DNA from: Thermodesulfobacteriota bacterium
Lineage (GTDB): Bacteria > Desulfobacterota_D > UBA1144
Assembly: GCA_036340075.1 (NCBI GenBank)
Contig: JAYYZJ010000008.1
Coordinates: 25,836 to 89,835, forward strand
Length of the DNA: 64,000 nucleotides
Reading direction: 5' to 3'
A model generated the notes under the pieces. It ran no database searches. It saw only the letters and a program-made list of their open reading frames with translations, and was not told the origin of the DNA. Below are positions 27,351 through 36,963 of this stretch, piece after piece. Both the position numbers and the translations under genes were made by a program. Every line of letters begins with the position of its first letter. Position 1 is the stretch's first letter.

Positions 27351-27828
27351 ATTTATTTTAACACTGATAGCTTTTCTACTTATTTCCTATAACTCTAGTA
27401 GCGAAGTATTTCAAGCTTCTGGAATATTTATTAGCCCAAAAAATATTCAAATAGGAAACGTAGAAATGATTGAGCAAGGCGCAGGTTCTAATTTTAGAAT
27501 TCACCTTGAGGGTCTCGTTCCAGGTTCTTATGCCTTTTATATACATGAAAAAGGATTATGTGATACTCCTAATTTTGCTAGTACGGGTAATCCTATAAGA
27601 TTAGGCACAAAAGATTTTGTAACAATATATGTGAAGAATAACGTTAGCAAATATACAGGAAAATTAAAGCCATTTAATCAGATTATCTTTCTCCGAGGTA
27701 TATATTTGAATCCAAATTCCGAGTATACAATCCTTGATAAAAATGAATCATCTATTGTAATACAAGAAAAAACAACTACTGGAAAAAGGGTCGCCTGTGC
27801 CGTAATTAAAAAAGGACGATTAAATTAA
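27340..27828 (+). CDS. Exported Cu/Zn superoxide dismutase-fold protein lacking most metal ligands
   Basis: Signal peptide, GLVPG...FYIHEKGLC...FASTG, SSIVIQ and C-terminal GKRVACAVI. Confidence 0.7.
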   Translation: MENKFILTLIAFLLISYNSSSEVFQASGIFISPKNIQIGNVEMIEQGAGSNFRIHLEGLVPGSYAFYIHEKGLCDTPNFASTGNPIRLGTKDFVTIYVKNNVSKYTGKLKPFNQIIFLRGIYLNPNSEYTILDKNESSIVIQEKTTTGKRVACAVIKKGRLN

Positions 27829-28056
27829 TTTGCCAGCATCATTTAAAGCATTAAGATCGTCATAACCTCCTACCAATTCATCATTAATTAGAATTAAAGG
27901 AACAGTTCTCCAATTATATTTCGTAGAAATTTCTAATCGAAGATCAATATTGTCTGTAAGATCAATTTCCGAATATTCTAAATTTTTGCTATCTAATAAG
28001 TTTTTAGCAGCAACACAGAATGGACAATTTTTTGTAGTATATAATTCAATTTTCAT
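27820..28056 (-). CDS. grxC: Glutaredoxin
   Basis: CPFC, TVPLI, VGGYDDL. Confidence 0.92.
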   Translation of the reverse strand: MKIELYTTKNCPFCVAAKNLLDSKNLEYSEIDLTDNIDLRLEISTKYNWRTVPLILINDELVGGYDDLNALNDAGKLI

Positions 28057-28057
28057 T

Positions 28058-28489
28058 CTATTTGTTCTTTCTATATAAAATAGCTAAAGTAAAATAAAAA
28101 ATCGACACCCCAATCAAATCTTGGAAAAGAAACACGCTCATTTCTTGTAATCTGTCTATACCAAAAGTTAGAAATAATATAAAACAATATAGGACAAATA
28201 TAGATATGCTCAGAATTATTGCTTTTAACAATCTGCCAAATTTAATCTTATCGTAAAAAATAATATAGATAATTCCTAGGACGAGGCCAAAAACATAATA
28301 AAGAAAGATTGAATAGAATGTATTGTCAGGTAAGAAGAAATTAATTCTAGAAAAATAATATAATATATCTACTGAATCAAACGGATAAAAAGAATATAGA
28401 TAGAAAAAGTAAGACAAAAGACATCCTACAGCAACTACTATAAGGAAATCTAAAAAATTCAACAAAGATGATAAAAGTTTTGCTAACAC
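28058..28489 (-). CDS. Hypothetical membrane protein (about 4 TM)
   Basis: Hydrophobic ORF abutting grxC; GTG start. Confidence 0.65.
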   Translation of the reverse strand: MLAKLLSSLLNFLDFLIVVAVGCLLSYFFYLYSFYPFDSVDILYYFSRINFFLPDNTFYSIFLYYVFGLVLGIIYIIFYDKIKFGRLLKAIILSISIFVLYCFILFLTFGIDRLQEMSVFLFQDLIGVSIFYFTLAILYRKNK

Positions 28490-28507
28490 TTAGTGTTAGA
28501 TTAATTG

Positions 28508-28579
28508 AAAAAAAAAGAAAAAAAAGGGCAGATTTTAAATAAAGACAGCACCCCGCAGCCTTAACAAAAACTAACCCTT
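28508..28579 (-). terminator. Long imperfect hairpin followed by a long U tract on the minus strand
   Basis: AAGGG...CCCTT closing stem (28524-28579) with further pairing inside. The A-runs at 28508-28525 become the U tail on the minus strand. Confidence 0.5.
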
Positions 28580-28631
28580 AATTTCCTAATAACGTCTAAA
28601 TTATGCAACCAAAATTGCAAAATAAAATTCT

Positions 28632-28835
28632 TTAATCGGCAAGTCCATTTTTTCTTCTTGTAGGACTTTCCTCTGGACGACCAAAATCTAAGCCAACTTT
28701 CGCTGCCCAATTTTGTGTTCCAGCTACGTGACCAGCATAACCTCTACCATTTTGTGGATTATGTGCAGTTTGGCCTGCATCTATGCTTACACGTCTTGCC
28801 CAATTTCTCATTGGAGAATTTTGTTGATCTGGCAT
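28632..28835 (-). CDS. Small hypothetical protein with an internal NWAxxVxxDxG repeat
   Basis: Strong GGAGGT RBS upstream of the ATG; fills the gap after the ferredoxin. Confidence 0.7.
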   Translation of the reverse strand: MPDQQNSPMRNWARRVSIDAGQTAHNPQNGRGYAGHVAGTQNWAAKVGLDFGRPEESPTRRKNGLAD

Positions 28836-28894
28836 ATTGCACCTCCGAATAGTTTAATTGTATCAAATGGGAATTTTAAAAACAAGAGGAGTAT

Positions 28895-29179
28895 TTATTC
28901 TTCAGATTCCTCAATAATTAAGCTACTTTTAGGCGTAGCAACACATAGCAGGACCATGTTGTTATCTATATCTTCCTCAGTAAGAGTGTTTGCTTCAGGT
29001 GGCTCTAAATATTCTATTTCTCCTTCTACTAGTTTTGCTATACAGGTAGTGCACATTCCCTGCATACAACTAAAAGGTAAATCCATCCCTTGGGAGTTTG
29101 ATGACGATATAATAGAGTCTCCCTCATTGACTTTGACCACTTTATTTGATCTTGTAAATTTTATTTCATGAATAGACAT
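28895..29179 (-). CDS. fdx: 2Fe-2S plant-type ferredoxin
   Basis: LPFSCMQGMCTTC ... VLLCVATPKS. Confidence 0.92.
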   Translation of the reverse strand: MSIHEIKFTRSNKVVKVNEGDSIISSSNSQGMDLPFSCMQGMCTTCIAKLVEGEIEYLEPPEANTLTEEDIDNNMVLLCVATPKSSLIIEESEE

Positions 29180-29223
29180 TTAATTATTACCTAATTATCC
29201 TTCTAAGATATATAATAAATGAA

Positions 29224-30474
29224 ATGACAAATTATATAAATGGGAAACTTTTTGTTGAAGATGTTAGCTTTCAAGCTTTAGCTGAAAACTACGGAACCCC
29301 TTGCTACATCTACAGTTATGAATATCTAATCAACGAATTTAATGATTACAAGCAAGCATTTGAGGCCTATCCCGAAACCATGATATGTTTCTCTGTGAAG
29401 GCAAATTCGAACTTATCCGTAATGTCTGTTTTTAACAATTTAGGAGCAGGATTTGACATCGTATCAGAAGGAGAGCTAGAAAGAGCAATTAAAGTTGGAG
29501 CTAATCCTAAAAAGATAGTTTTTTCCGGTGTTGCAAAATCATCTAAAGAAATCATAAAGGGAATTGAAAATGAAATATTATTTTTCAATGTTGAATCCTT
29601 TGATGAGCTAGAAGAAATTAATCGAGTTGGTTCTGAATTAGGAAAAAAAGCAGGAATTTCAATTAGGGTTAATCCGGATATTGACCCCAAAACTCATCCA
29701 TACATTTCAACAGGTCTTAGTACTAGCAAGTTCGGAATACCAATAAAAGATTCACTCAAAGTTTATGCTGAAGCAAAAAACATGAAGAATGTTGAGATTT
29801 TAGGTATAGATGCTCATATTGGATCACAAATATTTGACTTGGATTCTTTTGATGATTCATTAGAAAGATTGATAAATCTATATTCTGAACTGAAAAACAA
29901 TAATATAAATATTCAATATATTGATATCGGAGGAGGACTTGGAATTAAATACAAAGACGAAGAAGTCCCTCCATCAAAAGCAGAATTTGCAAAAAGAATA
30001 ATATCTCAGATTAAAAAGACTGATTGCAAGTTAATACTTGAACCAGGTAGGTCCTTGGTTGGCAATTCCGGATATCTTCTAACTAGAGTTTTATACAAGA
30101 AAGCTAATGACAAAAAAAAGTTTTTAATTGTGGATGCAGGCATGAATGATTTGCTTAGACCGGTGCTCTACGGATCCTTTCATAAAATTACATCAATTAC
30201 CGATTCAAAGGAAAATATAGAATTTTTCGATATTGTTGGACCTATATGTGAGACTGGAGATATCTTAGGAACCAACATACCTATTGCCAATCCAAAATTG
30301 GGGGATATATTAGTAATAAATTCAGCTGGCGCATATGGAGCCGTTATGTCATCAAATTACAATTCAAGACCAAAAATTCCCGAAATACTTGTTTATAAAG
30401 ACCAACATTCTTTGATTAGAAAAAGAGAATCAATTGACCAAATTCTTGAGAACGAGGTTTTGATAAATTTATGA
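29224..30474 (+). CDS. lysA: Diaminopimelate decarboxylase
   Basis: FSVKAN, THPYISTG..SKFG, HIGSQ, EPGRS, GPICETGD, MSSNYNSRP. Confidence 0.97.
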   Translation: MTNYINGKLFVEDVSFQALAENYGTPCYIYSYEYLINEFNDYKQAFEAYPETMICFSVKANSNLSVMSVFNNLGAGFDIVSEGELERAIKVGANPKKIVFSGVAKSSKEIIKGIENEILFFNVESFDELEEINRVGSELGKKAGISIRVNPDIDPKTHPYISTGLSTSKFGIPIKDSLKVYAEAKNMKNVEILGIDAHIGSQIFDLDSFDDSLERLINLYSELKNNNINIQYIDIGGGLGIKYKDEEVPPSKAEFAKRIISQIKKTDCKLILEPGRSLVGNSGYLLTRVLYKKANDKKKFLIVDAGMNDLLRPVLYGSFHKITSITDSKENIEFFDIVGPICETGDILGTNIPIANPKLGDILVINSAGAYGAVMSSNYNSRPKIPEILVYKDQHSLIRKRESIDQILENEVLINL

Positions 30475-31085
30475 ACGACTCTTTAATACTCTCTATTTTT
30501 GATAAGGGTGGATTTTTTGTATACCCAATACTTGTTTGCTCTATTATTGCTCTCTCGATTTTCTTGAAAAAGTTTTTTTATACAAGAGACGAATATATTG
30601 TTACTAATCCGTTTGTTAGTAAACTTGAAAATTACATAAAACAAAACGATTTTGACAAGGCAATTACTTTATGCAAAGAAGATAAAACAATTTTCTCTAA
30701 TATTGCTATTGTTGGCTTAATCAATAAAGACAAGGCTCAATCAGAGCTTGAGAAAATAATAGAAGACGAAGGTTCAATACAGATATTCAATCTAGCAAAG
30801 TCAAATGAAATGCTAGGTTCTCTTAGCAATATAAGTACATTGCTGGGTTTGCTAGGAACAATATCCGGTATGATTACAGTATTCCAAGTTATTTCAACAC
30901 AAACTGTGGTAGACCCACCAAGTTTAGCAGGCGGAATCTCAGAGGCCCTTTATACAACTGCATTTGGTCTTTTAGTGGCAATACCATCTTTCATTGGATA
31001 CAAGTTTCTTTTAAATAGGATTAATGAAGCTGCTATAAAACTTCAGACACAATCTAAAAGACTATTGTCAATTTTAAAGAGTTAA
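30471..31085 (+). CDS. exbB: MotA/TolQ/ExbB proton channel protein
   Basis: LLGLLGTISGM, LAGGISEALYTTAFGLLVAIP. Confidence 0.9.
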   Translation: MNDSLILSIFDKGGFFVYPILVCSIIALSIFLKKFFYTRDEYIVTNPFVSKLENYIKQNDFDKAITLCKEDKTIFSNIAIVGLINKDKAQSELEKIIEDEGSIQIFNLAKSNEMLGSLSNISTLLGLLGTISGMITVFQVISTQTVVDPPSLAGGISEALYTTAFGLLVAIPSFIGYKFLLNRINEAAIKLQTQSKRLLSILKS

Positions 31086-31088
31086 AAG

Positions 31089-31490
31089 ATGAATTTTACA
31101 AAACTTTTAGAAGATAATGATTTAAGCCTAGATCTTACTCCAATTGTAGATGTAGTTTTTAATCTATTAATATTTTTTGCCCTATCATTAAATTTTAGTC
31201 AAATTACATCAAGTATAAATATTAAATTACCTAAAGCTGCTTCTTCTGAAGTAGTAACAGATAAACAAATTGTTGTCAGTATTGAAAAAGGTAACAAAAT
31301 CTACATTAATGATAAAAAGCTATTTTTAGATCAAGTTCCTACATATCTTAGCGATGAAGATAAGAGTAAAGTTATTGTTTTAAAGGCAGACAAAACCATT
31401 GATCATGGATTTGTAGTTCAAGTAATGGACATAATAAAAAGGTCAGGTTTTAGCAGGATTGGTATAGCTGTTAAGAAGTTGGCTAAATGA
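31089..31490 (+). CDS. exbD: ExbD/TolR biopolymer transport protein
   Basis: LTPIVDVVFNLLIFF, LKADK, VQVMD. Confidence 0.9.
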   Translation: MNFTKLLEDNDLSLDLTPIVDVVFNLLIFFALSLNFSQITSSINIKLPKAASSEVVTDKQIVVSIEKGNKIYINDKKLFLDQVPTYLSDEDKSKVIVLKADKTIDHGFVVQVMDIIKRSGFSRIGIAVKKLAK

Positions 31491-32383
31491 AGCATGATTC
31501 CAATTTAATCTTAGGCTATCTGTTTGTTGTTGGAACAGCCTTTTTTACAGCTTTTTCTTATATCTTTGGAAAGATGGTTTCTGATGATTTATATCCAGAG
31601 ACTGTTACTTTCTACTGGTTTTTAGGAGCATTTTTGGTTGCCATTATTAATGGAATTATTCTTTCTATTTTTAGCAATAATTTTAAATTTGTACTTTCAA
31701 ATCTAAAAGATTACAAAAAAGTTACTATCATATCTTCGTTGATAACAATTGTTTCAGTCGCTTTTTGGGTCATAGCCTTAAGGACAGTTGGCCCACCTGT
31801 TACTTCTTTTTTAATGAAGTTTCAAGTTGTATTTTCAGTATTGTTGGGATTTTTATTCTTAAACGAGAAGCTTAATAGATTAGAAATTCTAGGAATTACT
31901 ATTACGTTTGTAGGTGCATTTGTTATAACGTATGATTCATCAAATTTTGAATTAAAAGGATCACTCTACGCAATACTCGCAGCTTTTGGATATTCCAGCT
32001 TGTTTATGATTGTAAAAAAAATGGGGAGGCAATTAAATATGATGATGGTGGCAGTATTGAGGTCTTTAGGCGTATCCATCTTGGTTGGATTATATCTAAT
32101 TTGTTTTAATAAATTTCAACTTCCGACCCCAACCGATTTTATATATATGCTAATAGGGGGAACTTGTGGGGCTTATATAGGCAAGGCTTTTCAATTCCAA
32201 GCTATTAAGTTAGTTGATATATCACGAACTACAGCAATAACACCGTTAGAGGCCGTTTTTGTTCTCATCCTTACTTATATTTTTTTTGATAGTGTGCCAA
32301 GTACAATAAAACTAATCGGTGGGTCATTAATATTATTAGGAGTTCTTTCGCTAATAATATTTAGTAGAAAAAAGAATAATTAA
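31487..32383 (+). CDS. EamA/DMT family transporter
   Basis: About 10 TM helices in two repeats, FLNEK motif. Confidence 0.85.
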   Translation: MKHDSNLILGYLFVVGTAFFTAFSYIFGKMVSDDLYPETVTFYWFLGAFLVAIINGIILSIFSNNFKFVLSNLKDYKKVTIISSLITIVSVAFWVIALRTVGPPVTSFLMKFQVVFSVLLGFLFLNEKLNRLEILGITITFVGAFVITYDSSNFELKGSLYAILAAFGYSSLFMIVKKMGRQLNMMMVAVLRSLGVSILVGLYLICFNKFQLPTPTDFIYMLIGGTCGAYIGKAFQFQAIKLVDISRTTAITPLEAVFVLILTYIFFDSVPSTIKLIGGSLILLGVLSLIIFSRKKNN

Positions 32384-33489
32384 ATAAATTTGGTACTAAG
32401 TTTTTTTTCTTCTTTAAATTTTTCTATTGCAAGAAGAATTAATTCATTAAGTAGCTTCTCGTAAGAGATACCAACATTTTTCATAAGTTTTGGATACATA
32501 CTTATAGATGTAAAACCAGGTATAGTGTTAATTTCACTCGCATAAAGTTTTTTTGATTTTGTGTTTTTTGTTTCTCCATACAAGAAATCAATTCTGGCCA
32601 TACCGCTGCAACCAATAGACTTGTATGCTAACATTGCATTCTTTTTGATTTCTTTTTCAATGGAAGGATTTTTTCTTATTTTTTCCCATGGTATTTCTAT
32701 GGTTGATTTGCCGTCAATATATTTAGCATTGTAATCATAAAATTCAGAAGAAGGAACAACTAATCCAGGTCTAGAAACTTTTAGTTTGTTATTGCCCAAG
32801 ATACTAACTTCGATTTCATTAGGATTCATTACTGCTTCTTCTACTATAATTTTTTCTGCAAACTTAAAAGCTTTATTTATATTTTTTGATAAATCTTTTT
32901 TCGTTTTAGTTTTATAAACACCTACACTTGAACCAAGATTTGCCGCTTTGACGAAACAAGGAATTTTAATTTTTGAATACACTAAGTTATTTAATTTTGA
33001 CTTGCTTGTTTTCCAGTCATATTTATTGATTTCTATAAAATTTGTAGTTCTGATTCCAAGATTCTGAAATATTCTTTTTGTTATAATTTTATCAATACAA
33101 ACAGCAGAGCTAGTCACATTGCTTCCAACGTATGGTTTATCTAGAAGTTTTATTAAACCTTGTATGGAGCCGTCCTCTCCTCCAGTACCATGTACCATTG
33201 GTATAAATACATCAACATTTATTTTTCTTTTTTTATTAGCCAACTCTTTAACTAATATTGGATTTTTCTTACCTATAGAAAAAATAACATCCTTCCTAGT
33301 AGGACTAAATTTTAACCCCTTTTTTGAGCTAACGATTTTAGCTTCTTTAAACTCACCTTTTTTTGATATAAAAATTCCACTGATTTTGTAGTTCTTTCGA
33401 TTTAAGTTATTTAGAATTGAGTTAGCTGAGATTATGGAAATCTCATGTTCAACTGAATTACCGCCGTAAATAATACATATTTTAAGCAT
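32380..33489 (-). CDS. ddl: D-alanine--D-alanine ligase
   Basis: GGNSVEHEIS, HGTGGEDG, GSSVG, FYDYNAKY, EINTIPGFT..SMYP. Confidence 0.96.
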   Translation of the reverse strand: MLKICIIYGGNSVEHEISIISANSILNNLNRKNYKISGIFISKKGEFKEAKIVSSKKGLKFSPTRKDVIFSIGKKNPILVKELANKKRKINVDVFIPMVHGTGGEDGSIQGLIKLLDKPYVGSNVTSSAVCIDKIITKRIFQNLGIRTTNFIEINKYDWKTSKSKLNNLVYSKIKIPCFVKAANLGSSVGVYKTKTKKDLSKNINKAFKFAEKIIVEEAVMNPNEIEVSILGNNKLKVSRPGLVVPSSEFYDYNAKYIDGKSTIEIPWEKIRKNPSIEKEIKKNAMLAYKSIGCSGMARIDFLYGETKNTKSKKLYASEINTIPGFTSISMYPKLMKNVGISYEKLLNELILLAIEKFKEEKKLSTKFI

Positions 33490-33615
33490 ATCTATAACAA
33501 TAACACTTTTAGATTAATTAATTGTTTATTATTTCTTAAAATTTGGTAAAATAAAATATTCATTTTTGTTAATATCTTTTTATATTTTTAAGGTATGCAT
33601 AAAGGGGGAAATTAA

Positions 33616-34797
33616 ATGTCTACAAAAGTAGTTATAAGCGAGCCATTACGAACAGCGATTGGCACCTTTGGAGGTACATTGCAGGATGTTCCTGCAGTTG
33701 ACTTAGGTGTTACTGTTGTTAAGGAAATACTTAATAAAACCGGAGTCGAACCAACTCAAATTGATGAATTTATCATGGGAAATATCTTGGGAGCAGGACA
33801 AGGACAAAATCCAGCTAGACAGGTTGCACTTGGAGCAGGTCTAGATTACGATACTCCTTCTTATACTCTTAATAGAGTTTGTGCATCAGGTGTTCAATCA
33901 GTTGCTAATGCTGCACAAGCAATTAAAGCAGGAGATGCGGAAGTAGCTATTGCAGGTGGAATAGAAAATATGAACCTAGCACCTTTCTTACTACCAAAAG
34001 CTAGATATGGCTACAGAATGTCATTAGAAGCTAAAGATAATGTTCTAGATGGAATGGTTTATGATGGACTTTGGGACATTTTTAATAACTACCATATGGG
34101 AATTACGGCAGAAAATCTTGCTGAACAGTACAACATAAGCAGAGAAGAACAAGATCAATTTGCTATCAATAGTCAGGGAAAAGCAAAGAAAGCAATAAGA
34201 GCAGGAGTTTTTAAGAAAGAGATTGTTCCTGTACAACTTAAAAAAGGTGTTTTTGATATTGATGAGCATCCAAGAGAAGTTTCTATGGCTGCACTAAGTA
34301 GACTTAAGCCAGTATTTACCGCAGAAGGTTCAGTAACAGCAGGTAATGCATCAGGTATTAATGATGGAGCTGCAGCAATGCTTGTAACTTCAGAAGAGAA
34401 AGCTAAAGAGTTAGGACTCAATCCAGTTGGAGAAATAGTTTCTTGTGCTGTAGCAGGTGTTGATCCTTCTATTATGGGAATTGCCCCAGTGTCAGCAATG
34501 AACAAGGCACTTTCAAAAGCAGGCTTAACAATTGATGATATAGATTTAGTTGAGCTTAATGAAGCATTTGCGGCTCAAGCTTTAGCTGTTCTTAGTGATT
34601 TTCCAATTCCGGAAGAAAAACTTAATGTGAACGGAGGAGCGGTAGCACTTGGTCACCCAATTGGTGCATCAGGAACTATTTTGATTGTAAAACTACTTCA
34701 TGAGATGCAACGTAGAGGGGTAAAAAGAGGCCTAGTTTCTTTATGTGTTGGTGGTGGACAAGGTATTGCGATGGTTATTGAAAACCCAAACGCATAA
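33616..34797 (+). CDS. Acetyl-CoA C-acetyltransferase (thiolase)
   Basis: NRVCASG, NASGINDGAA, NEAFA, GHPIGASG, CVGGGQG. Confidence 0.96.
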   Translation: MSTKVVISEPLRTAIGTFGGTLQDVPAVDLGVTVVKEILNKTGVEPTQIDEFIMGNILGAGQGQNPARQVALGAGLDYDTPSYTLNRVCASGVQSVANAAQAIKAGDAEVAIAGGIENMNLAPFLLPKARYGYRMSLEAKDNVLDGMVYDGLWDIFNNYHMGITAENLAEQYNISREEQDQFAINSQGKAKKAIRAGVFKKEIVPVQLKKGVFDIDEHPREVSMAALSRLKPVFTAEGSVTAGNASGINDGAAAMLVTSEEKAKELGLNPVGEIVSCAVAGVDPSIMGIAPVSAMNKALSKAGLTIDDIDLVELNEAFAAQALAVLSDFPIPEEKLNVNGGAVALGHPIGASGTILIVKLLHEMQRRGVKRGLVSLCVGGGQGIAMVIENPNA

Positions 34798-34808
34798 ATT
34801 AAAAATAA

Positions 34809-35033
34809 ATGTCAGCAGATAAGAATAATCAAAGCAAGGATGTTTACAGTTCTCAGCTTGATATAGAAACTAAAAGATTCTTTTTTGATTTAAAAGAAAA
34901 TCATAAAGGTCAGTATTTGCGAATAACTGAGGTTAGCGGTGGAAGATCAAGTATAGTTATTCCGGTTGATGGCCTAGAAGATTTTTCAAGTCAAATTGAA
35001 GGAATTATCGATAAAGCCAACGGTTCAAGTTAG
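34809..35033 (+). CDS. PUR-domain (PurA/DUF3276) ssDNA/RNA-binding protein
   Basis: KRFFFDLKEN..GQYLRITE...RSSIVIP single PUR repeat. Confidence 0.85.
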   Translation: MSADKNNQSKDVYSSQLDIETKRFFFDLKENHKGQYLRITEVSGGRSSIVIPVDGLEDFSSQIEGIIDKANGSS

Positions 35034-35048
35034 ATTAAGCATTCTTTT

Positions 35049-35927
35049 TTAGCGAATAGTCTCTAAATTGTTTAGTTGATACAGGTTTTTTCTGACCAAA
35101 ATTTCTTCATTCTCATTATAGACAACATTTCCGTCGAAGTTTTCTTCTTGGTTAATAAATCCTAAAGCAAAAGTCATATTGTCTTTTTCTGAAAAGAACC
35201 TGCTCGTTATTCTACCAACAGATTTTCTATCTTTATTGGTCAGCTCTTCAATATTCTCTAGATTGCCATTTATAGACATGCAAGCTAAAGTTCTTGGAAC
35301 CTTTCCTCTGTAGCGGATTGTAGCAATTGTTTCTTGCCCCACGTAACAGCCTTTTGTAAAACTAATTGTGGACCACATATTGGACTCTATTGGAATTATT
35401 TTATTATTAATTTCGTTTGGGAAACTTGGTATACCATGAATTATTTTCCATTTAAAATAGTCCTCTTCGCCAATTTTCTTTGATTCAGGTAATTTATGAT
35501 CTTTAGCTACTATTGCAACATCAAGATCTTCTTCTAAAAATATGGGAGATTTCCAGATCATGTTGTTATTTATCTTTAGATGAGTTCCTTTAAGGGCTAT
35601 AAATTTATCTGACAAATTTTCAATATTGACTTGGTAAGACATTTTGTACTTATTTAAATAATCAATCAAATCTTGAACTTGTAAAGCATTCGTAATTATA
35701 TATATCTTCTCTTGATTAAAAATAGACATATCAAAGAGAATTCTACCTTTGTTAGTCAAAATCAGATTGTGTTGGATTTTCATAGATGAATCATTAGTAG
35801 ATATGCCATTTAAAAATTTTTCACAATCTTTTCCTTCTAGTTCTAATATTCCTAGGCTGTTTTGATAGAAATGAACTTTGTCTTTATCAAACAAGTTTTT
35901 TAATTCGTCATAAGAAAATTGGGACAT
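35049..35927 (-). CDS. ygfZ: YgfZ/GcvT-family folate-binding protein
   Basis: FLNGISTND and ISFTKGCYVGQE signature. Confidence 0.9.
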   Translation of the reverse strand: MSQFSYDELKNLFDKDKVHFYQNSLGILELEGKDCEKFLNGISTNDSSMKIQHNLILTNKGRILFDMSIFNQEKIYIITNALQVQDLIDYLNKYKMSYQVNIENLSDKFIALKGTHLKINNNMIWKSPIFLEEDLDVAIVAKDHKLPESKKIGEEDYFKWKIIHGIPSFPNEINNKIIPIESNMWSTISFTKGCYVGQETIATIRYRGKVPRTLACMSINGNLENIEELTNKDRKSVGRITSRFFSEKDNMTFALGFINQEENFDGNVVYNENEEILVRKNLYQLNNLETIR

Positions 35928-36021
35928 TTTTACACCATTGTTGATTTTTCTTACATTGTTTATAAAATAACATACATAATATTTACCTAATTTAGTACAT
36001 TTTGTTTATTATTATATTAAT

Positions 36022-36963
36022 ATGGAATTTGATTTAGAGAACAGAGTTGTGATAGTAGGATCAGGACCAGCTGGTCTGACTGCGGGGATTTATGCAGCTA
36101 GGGCAAATTTAAGCCCCTTGGTTTTTGAAGGTTTTCAGGCAGGTGGCCAGTTAACAATGACCACAGACGTAGAAAACTTTCCTGGATTCCCAACTGGTAT
36201 AATGGGTCCAAATTTAATGAACTCTTTAAGAGAACAAGCTGAAAGATTTGGTGCAAAATGCATAATGGCCCAGGTTGATAAAATAGATTTTGGTTCCTAC
36301 CCTTATCTTTTAACTGTCGGCAAACAAGAGGTTTCTGCTTATTCAATAATTATTGCAACAGGTGCCACTGCAAAACTTTTAAATATACCCGGAGAACGAG
36401 AATTGGTTGGAAGAGGTGTTTCCACTTGTGCGACTTGCGATGGATTCTTTTTCAAAGATAAAAATATTCATGTGATAGGTGGTGGAGATAGCGCAATGGA
36501 AGAAGCAATCTTTCTTACAAAATTTGCTAAAGAAGTTACGATTGTACACAGAAGAGATAAATTAAGAGCATCAAAAATAATGGAAGATAGAGCCAGATCA
36601 AACTCTAAAATTAATTTTTTATGGAATGCTGAAGTGCAAGAGATAGTTGGAACTGAAGCTGAAGGGGTAAAGTCCTTTTCGTATAAAGATTTAAAAACAA
36701 ATGAAAATCTTATTGTAGAGAGCGAGGGCATCTTTGTCGCCATTGGACATACACCTAACAATGAATTATTTGCAAATAATATTAATCTAGATGATAACGG
36801 TTATATAATTACTGCAGGAAAATCTTCTAAAACAAATTTAAAAGGAGTATTTGCGGCAGGAGATGTGCAAGACAGTATATATAGACAAGCTATTACAGCT
36901 GCCGGTACGGGTTGCGTTGCAGCGATAGATGCAGAACGTTTTTTAGAAGAGAATGAATTATAG
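36022..36963 (+). CDS. trxB: Thioredoxin reductase
   Basis: GSGPAG, CATCDG, GGGDSAMEEA, YRQAITAAG. Confidence 0.97.
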   Translation: MEFDLENRVVIVGSGPAGLTAGIYAARANLSPLVFEGFQAGGQLTMTTDVENFPGFPTGIMGPNLMNSLREQAERFGAKCIMAQVDKIDFGSYPYLLTVGKQEVSAYSIIIATGATAKLLNIPGERELVGRGVSTCATCDGFFFKDKNIHVIGGGDSAMEEAIFLTKFAKEVTIVHRRDKLRASKIMEDRARSNSKINFLWNAEVQEIVGTEAEGVKSFSYKDLKTNENLIVESEGIFVAIGHTPNNELFANNINLDDNGYIITAGKSSKTNLKGVFAAGDVQDSIYRQAITAAGTGCVAAIDAERFLEENEL

